From assembly GCF_009914755.1 (NCBI RefSeq), contig NC_060947.1: 64,000 nt of DNA. One strand, written 5' to 3'. The notes beneath the pieces were generated by a model. It saw only the letters and a list, made by a program, of their open reading frames with translations, ran no database searches and had not been told where the DNA came from. This document shows, one piece after another, positions 54,726 to 64,000 of the stretch. Positions within the stretch are counted from its first letter, which is position 1, and each line of letters opens with the position of its first letter. Both the position numbers and the translations under genes were made by a program. Source of the stretch: the human T2T-CHM13v2.0 reference genome, Homo sapiens.

Positions 54726-57262
54726 ATTATTATTGCTATTGTTTATTATTATTAACATGGCTTATTCACTTCTTAGGGGTTCAAACTCATTTTCACACTT
54801 TTGTTCTCTCATTTTCCTTACAGTAGCCCACTACAACTGTGCTTGTTTTGGGTCTGATTGTCCTCAGATCCATGTCCTTAGATCATATTTCTCCTTCTCT
54901 GCTCCTTATCCTAGCTCCCCATTCCAAGGTTTCCATATCAGCTGACTCTTCCCTTGTCCCTCCACCCTAGATGCATTGGTGTTGCTCCCTGTTGTTGCTT
55001 ATAGTTAGGTGGCTGCAATGTCCCATATTCAGCTTCTCAGTTCTTCCATGGCCTGCGTAACCAAGTTCCATTAGTCTCCCTGTTTTAATTTATATTTCCA
55101 CTTTCCTGGTTAGACCTTTACTGATAGAGTAGGGTAAACACAAAGGGGTGTGATAAAGGAAAAGGGAGGGGCAGGATATGATTGGCCAGGAATAATTCCA
55201 GTTCCTGACCTGCCTTATTTAACAGCCCTTTGGGTATAAGCTAAAGCTGAAAGTAGCCTCCAATGCCAGGTTTGTGGTAACTAAGTCCTAACAGTATTTA
55301 ACATTTTCACTAAATCAAACAAACAAGTTATTTCTGTCTAGATGGTGTATATCCAATGTTTTCATCAGTAAATGCTGCAAACTATTAATTTAAAGTTTAG
55401 AGTTGGCCTAAACAGTACTGAAAGCAAATGTAAGCATCAGTAGTAATGCATAATCAATTGCATGTATTTATGACTGTTCCCTCATTATTTCCTAATGAGG
55501 AGTTCAAGAGGCTATGCATGGCTGTGGATAGCTGGTAGGCTACTGCATCAATATCTTGGGTCTGTCAGAGTCAGCTCAGGGTTTTAGAAATGCTTATTTA
55601 TATACTTCATGAAACCAATGTGCATAAAATAAAAGGTTTATTCTCTATTTATCCTCTATCAAATTATATGCTGTAGCTCAATTGCAAACATATTATAAAA
55701 CAAAACAATGGAAGTCATAGTGTTCTTCAGCATCCAAAAGACAATTTTCAGTTTTATGGAATAAAACATTGCATTAAAGAAGCTTACCTAAAACCAAGAC
55801 ACAACTGACTTGCTCTGCTAAAACTAGGGAGTTTTTTTCCAACATTGATTTCATTATACAACAAATTTTAATGTTCTAATTGGGACTTTCTAAAACACTA
55901 GACAATATTAAATTTTAAATAACGATTGTCCTTTGAAATAGTTGCCAGAAAAATTATGGGCAGAAGCAAAACAGATTCTATTTTTTTCTTTAAAATACCC
56001 TCAGTATGTATACAGCATTTCATATTTTAGAGTCAATTTTCAATAATAACAGAATCTCTGTTCATTAAAAAAGAGTACTTTAGTTGAATAAAGAAAAAAA
56101 ATTAAACACTGTACTCTAGAAAATAAAGCTGATTTAAAACATTGCGAATGGTTCAGTGAAACAGAATTATTGAATGAAACAATCTGAAGAGACTCTGTAA
56201 ATATTTATTTAAATATTAGATAGAATAGAAAGACTTCTATGCAACAAAATAAGGTAAAATAGCTGAGAGAAGGATTCCTCTGTATGAAAAATGGTATTTG
56301 TTTCCAATTTTAAGCAGTTTTAAAGAAAGTTTCTTTAGGGGTTAAGTAGATTTGGAAGTAAGTAAAAGAATTTTAAAATATTGTAAAAGTGTGTTGATGA
56401 AAAAGAATTGGGTTTGAAGTTTGAAAATGAATAGAAAACGTTTGTGTTTCTTCTTGAATATTTTGGAAATTATTTGATTTGTGAATATATTCAAGAGATG
56501 ATCACAAAGATAATCATATAGCTGCCATAAAGACAAAATCAATCATTGGGCATAAAATGGTAGTTATATCAGCATCACTGGGAAGAAAGGAGATGATAAA
56601 ATAGGTGTTGATAAAACAAAATACACAAAATAAACTTTTCTCAGACCAATTTGCAAAAAAAGTTTGTAAGAACTACAGATCATTAAAAAATAAATGCATA
56701 ATATGTATGAATGCATGTATGTGTATATGAATGCATGCATTTGTGTGTGTACTCACACCATATTCAAAGTATACAATAGTTCAACATAGGCTAATAAAAT
56801 ATCTTTAAGCACTTGCTTTTGGAAATACAGAAGAATGACTCATAATTTGCATGTTATTTATATGTAAATGAGTGCTTATAAAGTGTTTGAAAACACTTTA
56901 GTTTCTCTCAAACATTTTATACTCTCTGGCATCTTATTTCATGTCTGAATTTGCTTATCAATCCACAGCTTAAACAGAACAAGGAGATGCAGCCCAGCCA
57001 CTGTACTCATAATCATAAATAATTAATGGTTTCAGAATTAATACATTTTCCTGTAGAAAACTTATAAAATGGACCATTTGCTCTAAGATTCAAAAAAATT
57101 ACCTTAGATTAGTATTTTATCATTGTCATTTTCTACAAATGGAACAAAGTACCTTTCTAATTAATCATTTGTATACATTCCATATAAAATCTGCCATTTT
57201 CCTCTTTTTATTTTTATTATTATTTTTAATAATAGCTTAATTTATTTTTTCAAACAATGTTC

Positions 57263-57761
57263 CTATTTCTTTTTTTAAAATTTAAAAAAAATTATACTTT
57301 AAGTTCTGGGGTGCATGTGCAGAACATGCAGTTTTGTTACATAGGTATATACGTGCCATGGTGGTTTGCTGCACCCATCAACCTGTCATCTACATTAGGT
57401 ATTTCTTCTAATGTTATTCCTCCCCTAGCCTCCCAACCCCCAACAGGCCCCAATGTGTGATGTTCCCCTCCCTGTGTCCATGTGTTCTCATTGTTCAACT
57501 CCCACTTATGAGTGAGAACATGCGGTGTTTGGCTTTCTGTACTTGTGATAGTTTGCTGAGAATCATGGTTTCCAGCTTCATCCATGTCCCTGCAAAGGAC
57601 ATGAACTCATCATTTTTTATGGCTGCATAGTATTCCATGGTGTATATGCGCTACATTTTCTTTATCCAGTCTATTATTGATGGACATTTGGGTTGGTTCC
57701 AAGTCTTTGCTATTGTGAATAGTGCCACAATAAACATACGTGTGCATGTGTCTTTATAGTA
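57263..57761 (-). mobile_element. 5'-truncated L1PA7-like 3' end
   Basis: 'ttatactttaagttctggggtgcatgtgcagaac...tctacattaggtatttc...tcccctagcc' reverse 3'UTR plus the end of ORF2. Confidence 0.93.
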
Positions 57762-57899
57762 AAATTAAAATTTGCCATTTTCAAACAATATTCTTTTACT
57801 TGTGCATCATATTTCATGTATTCCTGAAGCAAGTTATATATTTTTAAGTTGCCTTCAGACCCTATATCCTGGGATTCTCACAGTAGTGGCAGCAGCTAT

Positions 57900-58100
57900 G
57901 TCAGAGGACCCTTACATACAGGACCTTATTCAATCGCCATAGGAAATCTTATACTAAGTGGTTTTACCTCCATTTCACAGGAGAGGAAACTAAGGCTCTG
58001 AGATGTTAAGAAACTTGCCCAAATTACACAGCAGTTAAATGACAGAACAAAGATTCTAATGCAGTCATTTCCTGCTTCAAAGCCTTCGCTTTCTCCACTA
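57900..58100 (-). mobile_element. MIR SINE
   Basis: 'cctccatttcacaggagaggaaactaaggctctgagatgttaagaaacttgcccaaattacacagc'. Confidence 0.75.
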
Positions 58101-60189
58101 TGCTCTATTTACTGGCTCTCCATAAAATATGTACAAGGGAATGAGAGAGTTGGCAGAGGAAAACAAGATAATATTAAAGCTTCAACAACATAATCCCACC
58201 CATACCCCCAGGAAAGAAGAAAAGAAAAGAAAAACAACTTCTAGAGAATGTTATGGCATTATTTATACATTTAGTCTAATGTATTATATTACACATTTTC
58301 TGTTTAAGATACTGCATAAAACAATTGATGCTTGGAGTTTCATCTGGGGCCCTGAGAAAATCTTCAATCAGCTATCCTAAAATTCAAGAATGTCTTCTAG
58401 ATTCTATTTACTGAGGCAGGGCTGTCACTGATTTTTTTTTTTAATTGCAATTAAAAGGATTAAAATTTAAAAAATTGAAATGTAACGCTCTGTTAACCAG
58501 AAAATTCAATTAATTAGTATACTTCATTTCCTGAAAACTGATATTAGTGAAAGCTTTATTTAGCTTGGCTCTTTCACAGATTTGTACTGAATGTGATAAT
58601 GCATGTAAAGAGCTTAGAGCACTGCCTGACTCATCAGTTTGTCAAACTGTTTTCCGTAACTGTTGTTCACTGGTTCATGTAACAAAAGTTTACTAAATGC
58701 CTACTATGTTCCAGGCAAAATGCTATGTGCTGGAGATAGAGTGGTATATAAAACAACATTCCTGCCCTTGCGAAATTTATCTTTTGGAGGTATAAATGTG
58801 AGGCGGTAATGCGGTTGCTATTTTATTGTTATTTTCAAAATCATTATCATTGTCATCATAATTATTTCTCAATAAACCAATGTCCAAGGATACACCATCT
58901 CTGAACTTAATACCATGGCTATATATATCTTCTCTCACTATTAGGAAAATCTATTATATGGCAGGACATACACTCTTTATAATTCTCCTTTAGAGAAGTT
59001 GTCTCTCTTAATCTCTAAAGCACCTGAAAGGATACCTGAAAGGATAGTGAACTAGGATTTTCTTGAGATTACAGAACAGGTTACATGAACTGTTTTATGT
59101 ACTGAAATGCTAATAAATGTTTAAATAATAAACATTTGTGGTAGGATTTGGTTTGAGATTTTCTTTGACTATAACCCCATAGTGAGATTTTGGAGAGAGT
59201 CACCCTCAACCACCGTAAGACTTCTTTGGAGGTTACCATTATTTATCAAAAAGAACCTAAGCATTCTGCATGATAAAATTGGTTCAGGTCAGTACACAAC
59301 AGAAAGCTGTTGGGTTGTGTAACATTAAACATTAAAAACAAACTAAACAATTTGCCTAAGAGCAAGCATAGTAAACCCAGAGTAAGGTTATTGCAAGGGT
59401 ATGCACCCCAGGCCAATGTCAGGCAAAATAAGACAATGATGACATGATTCTGGGGAGAAAATATAAATTTCATATAATCCAACAAAGATTTAAAAGTTCA
59501 ACCACAAATTTCAGTGTAATTTAAATTGACTATGTGTTATTATTGACAGCAAAATCAAGAATGGCTAGCATGAAAATAATTATTGAAATTCATCTGAATT
59601 TCAAACCATCTGGGTGCTTGAATAAGTCCTAAATTTAAAAATATTTTCATTGCACAGTCTTATGAACCAAGTCACTTAAAATAAGAGGAAGAACAGAAAG
59701 AAGGTACAAGAAATTAGTGAGTTTCTATTGCACCTTAAAAATTCCAAAGTGATTTTACCCCATGAAGTGACTGTCCTCATTGATTAAATGAGAAAACTTA
59801 TGTGGGAGAGGTTTAGTGACTTGGCCTATCATTGGCAGAGTATAGACCAGAATCTAGAATTGGCACTAGATCATACGGTCTCAGTGGTGTGACATCTACA
59901 GTCTTAAACTCTAATTATTTCTTTACTACAAAATTGTGCAAATCAAACTTTACCAATAGTGGCTCTTCCTCAGGCAAGAGGCAAGAGAACATACGGCGTG
60001 AGAGGGTGGGGGAAACTGTTTCTGGCCTACATAATTGTAGGAAACTTCCCTTCTTTAGCTACTGCTAATCTTAGCCCTCTCTCACTCATCAGCACCACGA
60101 AATTGTCAAGCTCCAAGATTTTTAATTAATCTGAATGATACTGGGCTATATGACTTTAAAATATTCCAGTAACATTTCCTTTCCTTTCC

Positions 60190-60482
60190 TTTTTTTTTTT
60201 TGGAGACAGAATCTCCCTCTGTTTCCCTGGTTGGAGCGCAGTGGCATGATCTGGGCTCGCTGCAACCTCTGCCTCCTGGGTTCAAGTGATTCTCATGCCC
60301 CAGCCTCCCTAGTAGCTGGGATCATAGGTGTGTACCATCACGCCAGGCTAATCTTAGTAGAGACAGGGTTTCACCATGTTGGCCAGGCTGGTCTAGAACT
60401 CCTGACCTCAAGTGATCCACCTACCTCGGCCTCCCAAAGCGCTGGGTGCTGGGATTACAGGAGTGAGCTGCCCCGCCTGGCT
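60190..60482 (-). mobile_element. AluS (Sx/Sz-like) with shortened middle linker
   Basis: Poly-T and reverse dimer; 'ctcctgacctcaagtgatccac'; linker reduced to 'ggctaatcttagtagagac'. Confidence 0.9.
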
Positions 60483-62368
60483 CTGTTCCCTTTTCACGTA
60501 TGGGTCAATGTGTTTTTGTCCTAGTATTTTGCCTTAATTTCAGTTCTCCAACATGCAGCCCATCATTTTCATTTCAATTCTTCCCGGTCTCAGACAACCC
60601 ATTTTGCTTCCTTACTGGCTTTTACTTACACTTTTCAGTAAGTCATACATTACTTTCATGTCTTTCCTTATACAGTTTTATCTTACCTAAAGTGAAAGAA
60701 ATCCTTCCTCCCAGCCGCCCCCCCACCACAGATCTTCCATTTTTATTCATTTCATTTGGGTTCTCTCCAATTCAACTGATGAGTAGAGACAGACATGAAA
60801 ATAGCATCCAATTTAGATCTTCTGGGGATTTTTAGTGAGCAAGTGGGATCTCACATTTTACCAAGAATCACAAAGTCCCAGCATTAGAAGGGTCCTTGAA
60901 GTTCATTGAATGCAATCACTCAAAAATCTTATGTAATCTTTGTCCATTAAGGCTTGTCATCAGTGAGAATGTGAACTCCTCACACTTGTACTGTTTAGTC
61001 TCAGTACTCTGCATTCTCTCAATGTAAGTAAGCATTTTATACTATGTATATGGTTACATAGTTCAAATAATCACATAATCTGTTAGGGGCCATAATCCAC
61101 TTAATTGAACTCCCTCATAGTGCAGGTGGGTAAACTAAGGCCTAGAGAGAAGAAGAAACCTACTCAGGGTCACATATTCAGTTGGTGATATCCTTCCTGA
61201 GAACCAGATCTTCTGCCTTGCAGGCCAGTTCTTGCCTTCTGATGTAACCTACACTTAACATATTGCCTTACCAGTATTGCTTCCCCTTTTGTTAAGTACA
61301 TGTTGTCTTCTATTAGATGAAGGCAAAGGTTAACCAAAGGCTGAGCTCAATCTCCCTTCTTTACGTAACCCTCCACAGCATCTACCACAAGATCTGGGAC
61401 AGAGCAGTACTTTAGAAAATTTCATAAATATGCTCTTATTTCCTTCTCCTAATTTTCAAATTTCTCAACACATTAAGATAAAACAGACTTACCAATGACT
61501 TACTAAATACTTCCCTTGTCATTTATCAATATCTTGTACTTATCATTTAGTTGACTATCTCACTAACTCCAAGACTGAATTAGCATTGCAATTAAGATTC
61601 CATAAGACAGGTGATCACTACAGAGAGGTGGCTTGTCCTTCCATTTCTGAGTCACAAATAAATCACTATGTTAACAGGATAGAGAATGAAAAGTTGCTTA
61701 AAAATAGACATTTCTTCCAAGCACTCAAAATCCCCAATTGGTACAATTCCTGAGCTTGGGTAAGATGATATGGCACTTCAGATTACCATGAAAAATTAGA
61801 ACGATTAGAAAAAATACACATCATGAAAGCTATACTCTTCCCATGATATTATTACCCATGTAATTTTCTACAAAATAGTTCATGAAAAGAGAACTATTAT
61901 TTGAAATGTTGAAATGAACTTGCTGAAGAGGTTTTCTTCTGGCAAATGACTCTTTAAAAGCAAAAGAGAAGAATTTAGTATAGAATAAAACCGTTCAACC
62001 AATCTTCCCTTGACACTCTATTGTGAGAAATATTCTTCAGAAGAGCAGAGAATTCAGTGCAGGTGGAAGCACTGGTTCTGTAATTCACACTTTTATCACC
62101 CATTTCTTCACAGCCTAGGTCACTTAAGGACAAATATATGAACTTTAAGAAGCTAAGAGAGTTTTACTCAGTGATAGCTTTAGCTAGGCTTTGGGAATGG
62201 TTTGAATTCTATTCCATGGGAATAGTGACAAGAATATCTTGGGCTTAAGCCACTTGTACAGTAGAAAATTCACTGTTTGGGGAGATGAACTAGCCATCAC
62301 AGATTACTAGGGTACAATTATGGCCTGATGATAGTAACAAATTGTTCAAGAATGATAATAATAATAGC

Positions 62369-62775
62369 TGGGGCAGAGACTATTAGCTATCCACCAAAAT
62401 CTGTTTTCTTTTTCTTCCTTGGTAATGGAGTTATAGAAATCACATGACTGCTCAGCCAGAGAACACACTTTCCAGCCCCAGTTCAGGTAGGCAACTACGT
62501 GCTCACCAATGGAAGCCTTAACACATCACAAGTATACTCCTAACACTTTTTCCCCTTTCTCCTTGCTAGAATTAGGATGTGGTAGGAATCGTTTCAAATA
62601 CTCAGATGATAACAATGGTTTTAGAGGATGATGGAAGAACATGAAGAGATGAATCCTGGTCCCTGCATAGTGACAGACTGTGTGCAGCAGTGTCTGCTCA
62701 CACCTCATGGACTGTTACATGAAACAATCTTTGTTGTGTCATTTCGTTACAGCAACTAAGCTTTTTACTCTAACA
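62369..62775 (+). mobile_element. MLT1J/I-like MaLR solo LTR
   Basis: 'ggcagagact...cacatgactgctcagc...cactttccagcc...tggactgttacatga...tcgttacagcaactaagc'. Confidence 0.6.
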
Positions 62776-62984
62776 AATGTAGCTAATGCTTATTATATAC
62801 CAGAGACTGTTTAAAGAGTTTATTACATGTGTCTGTTGCATCCATTCACTTGTGCCAAAGTACTCCTTGTACTGTAGGTCATAACTGAAATGGAACTTCT
62901 CCACAAATCCTTTCCAATTTACCTTCAAGCTTCCACTGCACTTGAACTTATTTGCCCCTTTCTCAAAGGACTTCTGATTTTCTA

Positions 62985-63125
62985 ACCTCATATTATAAGC
63001 CCTGTTTTTATATATCTTATTTCTTCTAGCAGAGCAAGCTTCCAGAGAGTAAGTTCATATCTTATTCTCCTGTGTAACCTGTAAAGTGCTGGTACTGTGC
63101 CTCTCTCAAGAAGTGCTTATTGACC
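62985..63125 (+). mobile_element. L2 3' end fragment
   Basis: 'tatcttatttcttctagcagagcaagcttccagagag...tatcttattc...gtactgtgcct...aagtgcttattga'. Confidence 0.5.
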
Positions 63126-64000
63126 GAGCGAAGGACTGGGACATTTGAGCTTCATGCTGTTTGTCTATAATCCAGTGTTGCAGCTGAATAAGCCTGGAGC
63201 AAGCACACATTTGTCATGGGCAACAGAAGCAGAAAAGAATCTAGGACCCAGAATCGGTAACAGGTTGAATGCAAAAAACTTTTACCTACAATCCTGCTAT
63301 CTTATGTCTTATGTTTCCAGAATTTCATAGTAACCAAGAAGATATAGGAAAGTAATGGATGATAGCTGAAGAGCTTACATTCTACTTATGACCAAGTCCT
63401 AACTGGGTTGTGGGAAAACGCTCATTGGTAACAACTTTTGTCCTCTTGCAAAGTCTTGCTAGAGTCAAATGCTAATAGGCTAAGTACTATTTTGAGTCTA
63501 ACACCTACACTGTTATACTAAGCTGCTTGCTTTTCTTTTACTTGTCTTCATATCTCACAACTATTCCTATAATATGGTAGACATCTACATGTTATATTTG
63601 GTACTAAAGGGCAATAGGCATTGGTAAAAACGGAAATTCAAGTGAAATTTTCAGAGAAATTAATTAGACGGATGTGTTATAACAGAGTCTGGCATGAGGC
63701 AGTGATCATTTGAGCTAAAGCTGATCCTCAAATAAATTATGTAGAAACAAATAAATATACTGACAAATTTGCACATGGGATCTTGGGCTGGGATTTATTA
63801 TTATTTTTTGCATATCATTCTAAATCAATGTAAAATAGGAAAATTGGAGCAAAGCAGACTACTTAAGTTTTTTTGTCTTTGTGTTTTGATATATCATTAT
63901 CATTAACATTTCTTAATTCCTTTTGCCCGGCAAAGGAGAAAATTAAAATACAGAAGTCGAAATACTAAAAAGTAGCTTTTAACTATGGACCCCAAAAGAG

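Overview
AT-rich, CpG-depleted primate genomic DNA, probably human or ape (inferred from Alu, L1PA, THE1/MST and MER61 content), intergenic or intronic in character. I can support no protein-coding gene, RNA gene, CpG island or CRISPR-like array. The longer ORFs that resemble known proteins are decayed L1 ORF1/ORF2 pieces; the rest are chance read-throughs of Alu, LTR or AT-rich DNA. A large part of the window is transposable-element debris: L1PA5-8, an old ~6.8 kb L1MA, THE1A, MST, MER61, MLT1, LTR16, MIR, L2 and MER DNA transposons. Subfamily names come from my recollection of consensus sequences and were not database-checked. I did not find a new biological system. The real signal is a set of well-preserved retrotransposition and rearrangement scars. 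(1) An L1 with a twin-priming 5' inversion plus a ~385 bp 3' transduction, bounded by a 17 bp TSD (747-2503). (2) A THE1A locus with three LTR ends and a copy of its own right flank inside it (28223-30680). (3) A 5'-intact L1PA8-like element whose short 5'UTR looks spliced (junction ~42903). (4) An MST element collapsed by microhomology (47019-47677). (5) An L1PA7 with a split TSD (57185-57793). There are also small template-switch scars and two weak candidate minus-strand non-coding exons.
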